Positions 18,440 to 26,450 of a stretch of DNA of 32,000 nt are shown one piece after another. The position numbers and the translations under genes are program-made. Each line of letters starts with the position of its first letter. Within the stretch, counting starts at the first letter, position 1. The DNA is taken from the NCBI RefSeq assembly GCF_020969955.1, contig NZ_JAHDSX010000002.1, positions 30,001 to 62,000 of the forward strand, in the 5' to 3' direction. This DNA comes from Allobaculum fili. GTDB taxonomy: Bacteria > Bacillota_I > Bacilli_A > Erysipelotrichales > Erysipelotrichaceae. The notes beneath the pieces are model-generated. The model was not told the DNA's origin and searched no databases. It saw nothing but the letters and a program-made list of their open reading frames with translations.

Positions 18440-18904
18440 GTGCTCATCAGATATGAAGACAACTACATCGAAATCCCAGTAAACCCAGAAGAATGCCCCT
18501 ATGACCAGGAGTGGTTCGAAGAAAACATCAACAAGCCGGAATACAACATCTGGCACCGTGAAACCCGCCATCTTGATGGCCGTTATAACGGAACCGACGA
18601 AGCAACACTTTATCTGTGGGACCAGGTAGCCGCCAATGCTCCATCGCTCGAAGAGACGGTCTCCAACAAGATCCTCGAAGAAGACATCCACGCCTGGATT
18701 GACCAGGTCTTGGACGAATACGAGAAAGACCTGTTCCTCTCCGTCGCCTACGATCGTGTCTGCACCACTCAAGAGTATGCCGCGATGCACGATCTCAAAG
18801 CTACAACAGTCAGAAAAAGACTGGAGCGTGTTCGAACAAAAATGAAAAAAGCTGTCACGCAGTCCCCATTCTCGTGGCTAACCAGTGAGGAGGTATCCAA
18901 ATGA
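18440..18904 (+). CDS. Sigma-70 region-4-like HTH regulator (early)
   Basis: The C-terminus 'LDEYEKDLFLSVAYDRVCTTQEYAAMHDLKATTVRKRLERVRTKMKK' fits the sigma region 4 pattern. There is no in-frame ATG. The only candidate starts are TTG 18407 (inside the terminator T-run) and GTG 18440, so the start is uncertain. Confidence 0.55.
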   Translation: MLIRYEDNYIEIPVNPEECPYDQEWFEENINKPEYNIWHRETRHLDGRYNGTDEATLYLWDQVAANAPSLEETVSNKILEEDIHAWIDQVLDEYEKDLFLSVAYDRVCTTQEYAAMHDLKATTVRKRLERVRTKMKKAVTQSPFSWLTSEEVSK

Positions 18905-19266
18905 AAAACTTGGAAGCAATCAGCCAGGAAATGCTGAAAGCCAGCATCGACCTTTTCTTAAAAGCCGAAGACGAAGAAGCAATCTTCTCTCTGCTCCATC
19001 GTATCACTGAGAATCCCGCACCAGTCGGAATTATCCAGATCGCCAAAGACTACGATCAATCACCGTTTGTGATGGAAGAAATGCTCGATGCCATGGATTG
19101 GACTTATCACGGGTTCGTCAATCCAACACACCTTGCACAGGGTCTGTGCGTCGTTGACCGAAAAGGTCAGCTGAGAATCACACCAGCAGGTCGAATCAAA
19201 CTTCTGCTGGACTTCATGAAGGATGGGTTTCTTCCCGTCGTCAAAGAAAACAAGGAGGCAGCATGA
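18901..19266 (+). CDS. Hypothetical protein with a KilAC-like C-terminal motif
   Basis: 121 aa with a GAGGAGG RBS and an ATGA overlap with the upstream gene. 'IAKDY..S' and 'ITPAGRIKLLLDFMKDGFLP' parallel the next two genes. Confidence 0.5.
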   Translation: MKNLEAISQEMLKASIDLFLKAEDEEAIFSLLHRITENPAPVGIIQIAKDYDQSPFVMEEMLDAMDWTYHGFVNPTHLAQGLCVVDRKGQLRITPAGRIKLLLDFMKDGFLPVVKENKEAA

Positions 19267-20006
19267 ACGAATTGATCCGCTACAACACCGAAAACGAACC
19301 CTACATCGAGGGTCGCGCGCTCCATCAGGCACTGGGCGTTAAGTCGAAATATGCCGACTGGTTCTCCAGAGCGTGTGAATACGGCTTCGAAGACGGAAAG
19401 GACTTTTTCTCAAAAATGAGAAAAAGTTCCGGTGGCCGTCCCACAGTCGATCATGACCTGACCATCGACATGGCTAAAGAACTCTGCATGCTCCAGCGTA
19501 CCGAAGGCGGACGGGTCATCCGTAAATATCTGATCGAAGTCGAAAAAGCCTGGAACGATCCGGAAACCGTGATGGCCAGAGCCCTTGCTTTCTCCAAGCA
19601 GACCGTTGCCAAGCTGGAGCAGAAATGCTCTGCGCTGTTGCTCGACTGCTCCATCAAAGACCAGGTGATCTCCGAGCTGCAGCCCAAAGCGACCTATCAC
19701 GATCTGGTGCTCCGCTCGAAAGATCCGCTGCCCATCTCGAAGATTGCTAAGGACTACGGTTTCTCCGGCCAACATCTCAATGGTCTTCTGCACGAACTCG
19801 GAGTCCAGTTCAAACAGTCCGGAACATGGCTGCTCTACCAGCAGTACGCGGACAAAGGATATACAAAAAGTCACACCTGGGAGAATGGCGGACACACCGG
19901 CATTCACACCTACTGGACTCAGAAAGGGCGCTTATTCATCTACGAGCTGCTCAAAAGTAAGCTCGGAATCCTGCCAAAAGTCGAGCGGGACCAAGACGAT
20001 GAATGA
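19263..20006 (+). CDS. Phage antirepressor (AntA/AntB-like N-terminal domain plus KilAC C-terminal domain)
   Basis: 247 aa. 'RALHQALGVKSKYADWFSRACEYGFEDGKDF' is AntA-like. 'ISKIAKDYGFSGQHLNGLLHELGV...WLLYQQYADKGY' is KilAC-like. Confidence 0.8.
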   Translation: MNELIRYNTENEPYIEGRALHQALGVKSKYADWFSRACEYGFEDGKDFFSKMRKSSGGRPTVDHDLTIDMAKELCMLQRTEGGRVIRKYLIEVEKAWNDPETVMARALAFSKQTVAKLEQKCSALLLDCSIKDQVISELQPKATYHDLVLRSKDPLPISKIAKDYGFSGQHLNGLLHELGVQFKQSGTWLLYQQYADKGYTKSHTWENGGHTGIHTYWTQKGRLFIYELLKSKLGILPKVERDQDDE

Positions 20007-20355
20007 TCACGATTATAAAGAGCCAGGATTTTTCCTGGTGCTTTTCCCGGATCACGCTCTCAACCATATAAGAGCCGTCCTTCCAGATGGGCAAAGCTTC
20101 GAGCAGCTGAAATTGTCAGACCACGGCAGATCTACTTCTGAAATCGCAGAAGTCTATGGCTTTACCGGCACATTGCTTAATCAGTTTCTGGAAGCTCACC
20201 TAATTCAGCAATGGATCTGTACGTCCTGGCAGTCTAGTGGCGGCTATCAGCTTTTTGCCAACGGACATCACTATCAAGACGTTGTCTGGAATATTGCTGG
20301 TCAGCTTTTGATCCACGGAATGCTTCAGGACATTGGTCTTATCCCACTGAACTAA
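19999..20355 (+). CDS. Stand-alone KilAC-like domain protein
   Basis: ATG 19999 overlaps the upstream stop by 8 nt. 'TSEIAEVYGFTGTLLNQFLEAHL...WNIAGQLLIHGMLQDIGLIP' aligns with the C-terminal half of the preceding antirepressor. Confidence 0.55.
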   Translation: MNDHDYKEPGFFLVLFPDHALNHIRAVLPDGQSFEQLKLSDHGRSTSEIAEVYGFTGTLLNQFLEAHLIQQWICTSWQSSGGYQLFANGHHYQDVVWNIAGQLLIHGMLQDIGLIPLN

Positions 20356-20366
20356 TACAAAAAACC

Positions 20367-20390
20367 GGAAAGGTCCGTTTGGGCCTTTCC
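20367..20390. terminator. Hairpin terminator (bidirectional in form) ending the early regulatory module
   Basis: GGAAAGGTCC gttt GGGCCTTTCC stem. An A-run lies upstream and gives a good U-tract for the minus strand. Downstream is only ATATATTTAT. Confidence 0.55.
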
Positions 20391-20479
20391 ATATATTTAT
20401 AGGTCTGGCGGATGGGTCGATTTTATACGGATTTATCCGTCATGTCTTGTCGCCTAGACAGATGAAAGGAGTAAGCAAA

Positions 20480-22846
20480 TTGGAAGATTTGAAAAAGCAA
20501 AATATCTGGATTTGTTGGACCCTCAAGAACGGCAAGAAAACTCCAATTGGCGCTTATGGCGAGGCTACCAGCGCTGATCCAGATAAACATGGCTCGACTT
20601 ATGTGACCTATGAAGAAGCCATGAAAGCTAAAGAGAAACGAAACTATGCAGGCGTTGCCTTCGTTTTGCCTGCTGGATATTTCTTCCTGGACATCGACAA
20701 TCGCTCTCTTGACGATTCCCTGACAAAAAGGCTCATGACTCGCTTCAAAAGCTATGCAGAAAAGTCCCAGAGCGGAAACGGCTATCACATCTATGGCAAA
20801 TGCGATCCCTCGCAGATTCCATCAGAAAACGGAAAGCTGTCCTCTCGCTTTTACGTCAAGCATCCCGACAAGAAGCTGGAGCTGTATGTTGGCGGACTCA
20901 CCAAGCGATTCTGTTGCTTTACAGGAGATGCCATCAACGAATACCCGCTGCGCGAATCGACACAAGCTGTGTTGGTAACGTATCGGCATGAAATGCTGCG
21001 CAAGAAGCTGCAGCGAAAAATGGTCCCGGAAATTGATGGAGATGATGAGGAGTTATTCGACATCATCTGTGATTGCCGAAGATTCAAAAATAGTGACAAG
21101 TTTGCAAAACTGTACGACCAGGGAGATATCAGCGACTACGGAAGCCATTCTGAGGCTGATTTAGCTCTATGCAGCATGCTTGCATTTCGGATTGGCAACT
21201 GCCCCAGTCTGATTGATACCGCATTTCGCAACTCTGCCCTGTACAGGCAAAAGTGGGAGCGGGACGACTATCGAATCAGCACCATCACAGGTGCTGTAGA
21301 AGGTCAGAACGGCAATTTCTATGATCCCCATAAGGGAATGCCGGACTTTATCGTCCTGGACGACAAGAAGCGTCCGAAGGTCTCTCCCGTCAAGCTGGTA
21401 GAGTGCCTCAAGGAGCGTTATCACTTCATCCAGGTTAAGAACTCCGGAAAAGAAACCGCCCAAAAGTACGTATACGAAAAAGGTCGCTACTTTTGCTATT
21501 CCGACGATATGTTCCGCTCTTTGCTTAAAGGGCTGATCGAAGAATATGACCCGATGTTCGTCAACAGCCACGTCATCAACGAGGCTTTGCGCTTGATCAT
21601 GATGCAAAAGGATTATGTAACCCACGAACAGCTGGACGGAAACGAGGATTACATCAACTTTGAGAATGGCTTGTTGTATCTGCCGACATTGGAGCTTTTC
21701 GAACACAGTCCGGACGTCTACTCCACCATTCAAATTCCATGCCGGTGGACTGGAGAACCAGAAGATACTCCGGTGTTTGACAAGTACATGGATGACCTGT
21801 TTCCAGGCGATTCTCAAAGCCAGAAACTCGTTATGCAGTTCATGGGTGTTGCAATCTCCAACATACACGGTTACCGGATGAAAAAGGCGCTATTCATGAT
21901 TGGTCCTGGTGATACTGGAAAATCCCAGATTCGCAAATTCGTCGAGATGACCATTGGTTCGTACTATTGCACCTCCATGGAGTTGGACGATCTTGAGAAG
22001 CGGTTCGGTACTTCCCAGATGTATGGAAAGCGGATCTGTGGGTCTGCCGATATGCGGTTTAGCAGAGTTCCAGAGCTCAACATCTTCAAGAAAGCTACGG
22101 GTGGAGATTCGCTGCCAGCAGAGTTCAAGGGAGAAGCCGCATTTGAGTTTGTCTACAAAGGTGTGCTCTGGTATTGCGGAAACAGGCTCCCTCGATTTGG
22201 TGGTGATGATGGCTCGTGGGTATATGACCGGATTTTGCCTCTGGAATGTAACAACGTTATTCCTAAAGAGAAGCAGGATGTTGAGCTCATCGACAAGATG
22301 CTAGCGGAACGACAAGGGGTCATTTTTAAAGCGGTGCTGGCAGCTAAAGAAGTGGTTGAAAATGAGTATCGCTACACCGAGCCGTCCACCAGCATCGGGC
22401 TGCGTCAGGAGTTTAGGCAGGACAACAACAGTATTCTTGCCTTCATGGCGGAGTGTTTGGAGATCACAGATGATACCAGCTGCATGGAACCTTGGTGTAC
22501 ATCGGGTAAGGTCTATGACATCTACGCTCGTTGGTGCCAGGACAATGGACGAAGAGCCAAGTCTTCTTCCGAGTTTCGAAAGCAGCTCTCTTCTGAGCTC
22601 AACAAACCTTATCCGGCTTTAGTCCAACGCAAAAACACCGGACGATTTTTCAACTGTATCCGGCTCACGGATGAAGCGATCCACGAATATCGATCACGTG
22701 TTACCGGATCAGATGATACGAATTCTGAGTTTTCGCCTGAAAGCTCTGAAGAGTCTCCTGCAAACAATACGGCAGAATCCACCAACACATGTTCGTCTCA
22801 AGAAGAGGATTTTTCCTTCCTAGACGATCCTGATTTGCCTTTCTAG
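20480..22846 (+). CDS. Bifunctional primase-polymerase / D5-P4-type SF3 helicase (replication initiator)
   Basis: Prim-pol motifs 'FFLDIDN' and 'SGNGYHIYG'; a PriCT-like 'HSEADLALCSMLAFR...ALYRQKWERDDY'; Walker A 'GPGDTGKSQ'. TTG 20480 has AGGAG 8 nt upstream. Alternative starts are ATG 20462 and TTG 20447. Confidence 0.85.
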   Translation: MEDLKKQNIWICWTLKNGKKTPIGAYGEATSADPDKHGSTYVTYEEAMKAKEKRNYAGVAFVLPAGYFFLDIDNRSLDDSLTKRLMTRFKSYAEKSQSGNGYHIYGKCDPSQIPSENGKLSSRFYVKHPDKKLELYVGGLTKRFCCFTGDAINEYPLRESTQAVLVTYRHEMLRKKLQRKMVPEIDGDDEELFDIICDCRRFKNSDKFAKLYDQGDISDYGSHSEADLALCSMLAFRIGNCPSLIDTAFRNSALYRQKWERDDYRISTITGAVEGQNGNFYDPHKGMPDFIVLDDKKRPKVSPVKLVECLKERYHFIQVKNSGKETAQKYVYEKGRYFCYSDDMFRSLLKGLIEEYDPMFVNSHVINEALRLIMMQKDYVTHEQLDGNEDYINFENGLLYLPTLELFEHSPDVYSTIQIPCRWTGEPEDTPVFDKYMDDLFPGDSQSQKLVMQFMGVAISNIHGYRMKKALFMIGPGDTGKSQIRKFVEMTIGSYYCTSMELDDLEKRFGTSQMYGKRICGSADMRFSRVPELNIFKKATGGDSLPAEFKGEAAFEFVYKGVLWYCGNRLPRFGGDDGSWVYDRILPLECNNVIPKEKQDVELIDKMLAERQGVIFKAVLAAKEVVENEYRYTEPSTSIGLRQEFRQDNNSILAFMAECLEITDDTSCMEPWCTSGKVYDIYARWCQDNGRRAKSSSEFRKQLSSELNKPYPALVQRKNTGRFFNCIRLTDEAIHEYRSRVTGSDDTNSEFSPESSEESPANNTAESTNTCSSQEEDFSFLDDPDLPF

Positions 22847-23100
22847 TGACAGCATAAACACAATTATGTCGGCTTCATGTACGGCAAAGCTTTTCTCCGA
22901 CATGCTTATTTCTCCTTTACCTATCCCTCTTTCTTATTATTAGTGACACTAGTGACACCTTTTTTAAAGAAAAGAGAAAAGAGAAATAAAAAAATAAATA
23001 TAGGTATAGGGTATATAGAAAAAAGAAAAAATATAAATAGAGGAGTATGAAAAAAGCCGACATACGACATGCGTCATGCTCAAGAAAGGCAGCCCCATGT
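22844..23100. repeat. Iteron-like repeats plus a ~95-bp A/T- and purine-rich tract (candidate replication origin)
   Basis: TAGTGACA at 22844. Tandem TAGTGACAC TAGTGACAC at 22941-22958. GGTATAgGGTATA lies within a poly-purine AT tract at 22959-23055. CGACATGC-type repeats occur at ~22898 and ~23066. Confidence 0.5.
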
Positions 23101-23126
23101 GTTTGTGATGAACGAAAGGAGCCGCT

Positions 23127-23423
23127 ATGCGTGAAAAAGAAATCGAGGCCAAACTGACCAAAGCCGCAGCTGATTGTGGTGGCTGGGCTTTGAAGCTAGC
23201 CTCTCCAACCGTTTCTGGGCTTCCCGACAGACTGGTTCTGTTGCCTTGTGGAGTCGCTTTGTTTGTTGAAGTCAAAGCTCCAGGCCAAAAGCCCAGACCG
23301 CTGCAAAAGGTCATCCATCAAAAACTCCGAAAGCTGGGGTTTTCTGTGTATGTGTTGGACGACCCAAAGCAGATTCCATACATCCTTGAGGAGGTGAAGC
23401 ATCATGCAGTTCATCCCTCATGA
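23127..23423 (+). CDS. VRR-NUC domain nuclease
   Basis: 98 aa with 'GLPDRLVLLPCGVALFVEVKAPGQKPRPLQ', the PD-(D/E)xK VRR-NUC pattern. RBS is AAGGAG. Confidence 0.8.
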   Translation: MREKEIEAKLTKAAADCGGWALKLASPTVSGLPDRLVLLPCGVALFVEVKAPGQKPRPLQKVIHQKLRKLGFSVYVLDDPKQIPYILEEVKHHAVHPS

Positions 23424-24738
23424 GTACCAAAACTACGCTGTCGATTTTGTTGAGAATCATCCCGTGTGTGCGTTGATCATTTCCATGGGACTTGGTAAAA
23501 CAGTCATCACACTGACCGCCTTACTGGATCTGCTCTTCGATAGCTTTCTGGTCCACAAGATCCTGATTATCGCTCCACTTCGAGTAGCCAGAAACACCTG
23601 GCCAGAGGAGCTGGATAAGTGGGACCACTTGAAGTCCCTGGAATACTCTCTGATTTCAGGCACTCCCCAGGAAAGACTTCAGGCGCTGGCCAAACCAGCA
23701 GACATCTACATCATCAACCGGGAGAACGTTCCCTGGCTGTGTTCGCTTCCTGGCTGGGATTTCGACACGGTCGTAATTGATGAACTCTCCAGCTTCAAAA
23801 ACCACAAAGCCAAGCGCTATCAAGCCCTGATGGCCAAAAGACCCATGGTCAAACGGATCATTGGGCTAACAGGAACGCCTTCTCCCAACGGTTTAGAGGA
23901 TCTGTGGGCTGAGTTCAAGCTGCTGGATATGGGTAAACGGCTGGGCAGGTTCATCGGCCAGTTTCGAAACCAATACATGATGCCTGGTCGTCGAAACGGA
24001 TACATCGTCTACAACTACCTGCCGCTTCCAGGAGCAGCCGAGCAAGTGTATGAAAAGATCTCGGATATTGCCATCTCCATGAACTCTGTGGATCATTTGA
24101 AAATGCCCGATCTTGTCATGATCGAACAAAGAGTTCTGCTCTCTACTCCGGAGCAGGATCTGTACCAGCAGATGAAACGGGATCTGGTTTTGCCCTTCAT
24201 GGACCAGGAAATTACCGCTGCCAATGCTGCGGTTCTTACCGGAAAGCTTTCTCAGATGGCATCCGGAGCAATCTACTCCGAATCAGGCGAAAGCATCCAC
24301 ATTCACTCGCGGAAGCTGGATGCGTTGGAGGATCTGATTGAAGCCGCTGCTGGAAAGCCGGTTCTCATTGCCTACTGGTTCAAACACGATCTGGAAAGAA
24401 TCCAGTCGAGATTTCCGGTTCGAGTGCTGAACACCGACAAGGATATTCAGGACTGGAATGCCGGAAAGATAGTGATTGCCGCCATCCATCCTGCTGCTGC
24501 AGGGCATGGACTGAACTTGCAAAGTGGAGGAAGCACGATGATTTGGTTCTCCTTGACCTGGTCTCTGGAGTTGTACCAGCAGACCAACGCAAGACTGTAT
24601 CGGCAAGGACAGAAAGAGACGGTCCGGATCTATCACCTCATCACAGCTGGAACAATCGACGAAGAGATCATGAAAGCATTGAAATACAAAGACGTCAGCC
24701 AGGCGAGGCTGATTGAAGCCGTGAAGGCACAATTCTAG
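23404..24738 (+). CDS. SNF2-family DEAD/H helicase
   Basis: 444 aa with 'MGLGKT', 'VIDELSSFKN', 'LTGTPSPNGLEDLW', 'AAGHGLNLQ' and 'QQTNARLYRQGQ'. Confidence 0.88.
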   Translation: MQFIPHEYQNYAVDFVENHPVCALIISMGLGKTVITLTALLDLLFDSFLVHKILIIAPLRVARNTWPEELDKWDHLKSLEYSLISGTPQERLQALAKPADIYIINRENVPWLCSLPGWDFDTVVIDELSSFKNHKAKRYQALMAKRPMVKRIIGLTGTPSPNGLEDLWAEFKLLDMGKRLGRFIGQFRNQYMMPGRRNGYIVYNYLPLPGAAEQVYEKISDIAISMNSVDHLKMPDLVMIEQRVLLSTPEQDLYQQMKRDLVLPFMDQEITAANAAVLTGKLSQMASGAIYSESGESIHIHSRKLDALEDLIEAAAGKPVLIAYWFKHDLERIQSRFPVRVLNTDKDIQDWNAGKIVIAAIHPAAAGHGLNLQSGGSTMIWFSLTWSLELYQQTNARLYRQGQKETVRIYHLITAGTIDEEIMKALKYKDVSQARLIEAVKAQF

Positions 24739-24753
24739 AAAAGGAGTCGCTGA

Positions 24754-25227
24754 ATGGATAACAAGACATACCTTGACCAGCTGGATCGGATCAAGAAATC
24801 CATCTGGCTGCTCGATTTGAAAATTGAACGCAAGGAGCAAGCCCTGCACAGCATTTCTTCTCCAGGTTTTGAACCGCACTATTCGAACGGTGGTCCATCC
24901 GGTGATGCTGCTCATGCCAAGAGAATCATTGAGCTGGAAACCTTAAGAGCCAACCGGAAGACCATCATGGAAATCTACCAGCACTTTGAGCAAGAATTGG
25001 AAACCATTCTGGACCAACAGAACTCAGAATGCTCGGAGATTTTGGCCGATCGCTACCTCAAAAACATGACTTTGAGAGAAATCGGCTACCACTTCGGCTA
25101 CGGGAAAACGACCATCAGCCGAAAGATGATGCAAGGAATCGACAGCTTAGTCCTCCCAAAACAGCCCTTTATCGCTGAAAATGCCTTCAAAGCAAAGGGC
25201 CTTCAGGAGTTTTTGGTCGCTGCTTGA
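24754..25227 (+). CDS. Late-gene transcriptional regulator, sigma region-4-like (RinA/ArpU/DUF1492-type position and motif)
   Basis: 157 aa. 'ILADRYLKNMTLREIGYHFGYGKTTISRKMMQG' is a region-4-type HTH. The gene lies just upstream of the packaging module. Confidence 0.6.
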   Translation: MDNKTYLDQLDRIKKSIWLLDLKIERKEQALHSISSPGFEPHYSNGGPSGDAAHAKRIIELETLRANRKTIMEIYQHFEQELETILDQQNSECSEILADRYLKNMTLREIGYHFGYGKTTISRKMMQGIDSLVLPKQPFIAENAFKAKGLQEFLVAA

Positions 25228-25232
25228 AAAAA

Positions 25233-25289
25233 GGAACAAGTGGGACAAAAGGGACAAGCGGGACGAGCGTCTTTGTGATATGGTAGACT
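25233..25289 (+). promoter_or_regulatory. Four 9-bp phased repeats (GG[G/A]AC[A/G]A) followed by an extended -10-like TGgTAGACT
   Basis: Repeat cores start at 25233, 25242, 25251 and 25260, exactly 9 bp apart. TGGTAGACT lies at 25281-25289. Confidence 0.4.
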
Positions 25290-25308
25290 CACAAGAAAAG
25301 TAAAGAGA

Positions 25309-25338
25309 GGTCACAGCGAATAGGTTGTGGCCTTTTTT
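25309..25338 (+). terminator. Rho-independent terminator 14 nt upstream of the DUF3310 start
   Basis: GGTCACA / TGTGGCC stem (one G-U), 10-nt loop, followed by TTTTTT. Confidence 0.7.
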
Positions 25339-25351
25339 CATGGGGGCTTGT

Positions 25352-25567
25352 ATGAATGGACAGGAACATTACAACGGCTGGGATTGCTTCGATAAGATGG
25401 TCGAGCTCTATGGAATTGATGAAGTACGAATCTTCTGCAAACTGAATGCCTTTAAGTATCTGTATCGCTGCAAACACAAAGCCGGTGATGATGACCTGTC
25501 CAAAGCTCTCATGTATCTTCAGAAATACTTTGAACTGAAATCCCTGCGCGATGTGCAGTCTACATAA
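25352..25567 (+). CDS. DUF3310 family phage protein
   Basis: 'HYNGWDCFD...FCKLNAFKYLYRCKHKAGDDDLSKALMYL' is the DUF3310 pattern. ATG 25352 follows GGGGG. The listed start at 25325 lies inside the terminator. Confidence 0.7.
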   Translation: MNGQEHYNGWDCFDKMVELYGIDEVRIFCKLNAFKYLYRCKHKAGDDDLSKALMYLQKYFELKSLRDVQST

Positions 25568-25598
25568 AACTTTCGCCCATTTTTGAGCGAAAGTCCCT

Positions 25599-25623
25599 CC
25601 CGTCTTGTGGCGGGTTTTCTTTT
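25599..25623 (+). terminator. Rho-independent terminator abutting the next RBS (preceded by a second hairpin at 25569-25594)
   Basis: CCCGTC ttgt GGCGGG stem plus TTTTCTTTT, immediately followed by the GGAGGTG RBS. The upstream hairpin is ACTTTCGC/GCGAAAGT. Confidence 0.6.
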
Positions 25624-25636
25624 GGAGGTGAAGTCT

Positions 25637-25939
25637 ATGCCTGGCTACAGAGTAAGAAAACGTGATGACAAGTACGAGGTTCTCTATCCCAGCGGGAAGG
25701 TTCGCTGCCGTGTGGATGATGGCGAGCTTGCCTATGAGATCGCTAATGATCTCATGAGAGAGCGATCTCAGGAGCCCACACCCGTGAGGTGCGTGGAGTC
25801 CGGAGAGATCTTCAAAGACCACTACGAAGCGGCCAGAGAGTATGGCGGTAATCCTAACGGGATCAAGCGTTGCTGCCTTGGAATCATCTCCCGTTCGTGT
25901 GGTCTTCATTGGGAGTTTGCCGATGCCCTTGAAGCCTAA
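25637..25939 (+). CDS. Small phage protein with a homing-endonuclease-associated (NUMOD-like) DNA-binding motif
   Basis: ATG 25637 follows GGAGGTG. 'VRCVESGEIFKDHYEAAREYGGNPNGIKRCCLG..RSCGLHWEF' resembles the 'V.C.eTGe.F.S..eAa...g.....I..cc.g....agG.hW.y' motif of phage endonuclease DNA-binding modules. Confidence 0.4.
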   Translation: MPGYRVRKRDDKYEVLYPSGKVRCRVDDGELAYEIANDLMRERSQEPTPVRCVESGEIFKDHYEAAREYGGNPNGIKRCCLGIISRSCGLHWEFADALEA

Positions 25940-26276
25940 ACACCCATGCGGCTGGCCAGGCTGTCCCAACCTCACCGACAAAGCCTATTGCCCTGAACAC
26001 ACCAAAGCAGCCAACAGACGCTACGAAAAGTACAGACGTGATCCCGGAACAAGATCCCGTTATGGAAAAGCCTGGCAGGTTGCTCGTAAGAAATACAAAG
26101 CGAAGCATCCGCTCTGTGAGATGTGTCTGGCTGATGGCAAAGCCGTGCCCATGGAGCAGGTTCATCACATTGTTCCGCTCTCACAGGGTGGAACCCATGA
26201 CGAAAGTAACCTTATGAGCTTATGCAAAAGCTGCCACTCCAGGATTCATGCAAAAGAAAAAGGACATTGGAGGTAA
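25923..26276 (+). CDS. HNH endonuclease (terminase-associated type)
   Basis: 'CEMC...HHIVPLSQGGTHDESNLMSLCKSCHSRIH'. ATG 25923 follows GGGAG. The gene is positioned directly upstream of terS, as in HK97-like cos phages. Confidence 0.85.
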   Translation: MPLKPKHPCGWPGCPNLTDKAYCPEHTKAANRRYEKYRRDPGTRSRYGKAWQVARKKYKAKHPLCEMCLADGKAVPMEQVHHIVPLSQGGTHDESNLMSLCKSCHSRIHAKEKGHWR

Positions 26277-26450
26277 AAAATGTATGATTTTCACCATTTT
26301 TTGCCCAGGGGCGGTCTAAATCTCAAGCCTGCTGCTTGACAAATAACGAGGGCGGCCTTTAACGCACGAAAATTCGATTTCAAACGGGTAAATAGGCCGA
26401 AGCAAAAAATCGAAAGAAAAAAATTTTTTAATCCAAAAGGAGGGTGAGAA

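Noticed and set aside
18335-18445. Resemblance to the 3' part of a type II-A Cas9 tracrRNA/sgRNA scaffold. 'AAUGCCGAGUCCGUCAUC' resembles the nexus 'AAGGCUAGUCCGUUAUC', and 'GUGGGACCGAGUCGG' resembles 'GUGGCACCGAGUCGG'.
   Set aside because: The match is partial and recalled from memory. The second segment cannot form the tracrRNA terminal hairpin. There is no anti-repeat, CRISPR array or cas gene in the window. The motifs are better explained as the competing helices of the attenuator-like leader. A tracrRNA-mimic decoy remains only a remote possibility, testable by comparison with the host's own tracrRNA if it has a type II system.
23047-23157. A 36-aa Cys-rich ORF (MKKADIRHASCSRKAAPCVCDERKEPLCVKKKSRPN) in the ori-like spacer, overlapping the VRR-NUC start.
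   Set aside because: The AGGAG is only 1 nt from the ATG, which is too close to function. The ORF overlaps a well-supported gene start and lies in the AT-rich/iteron region.
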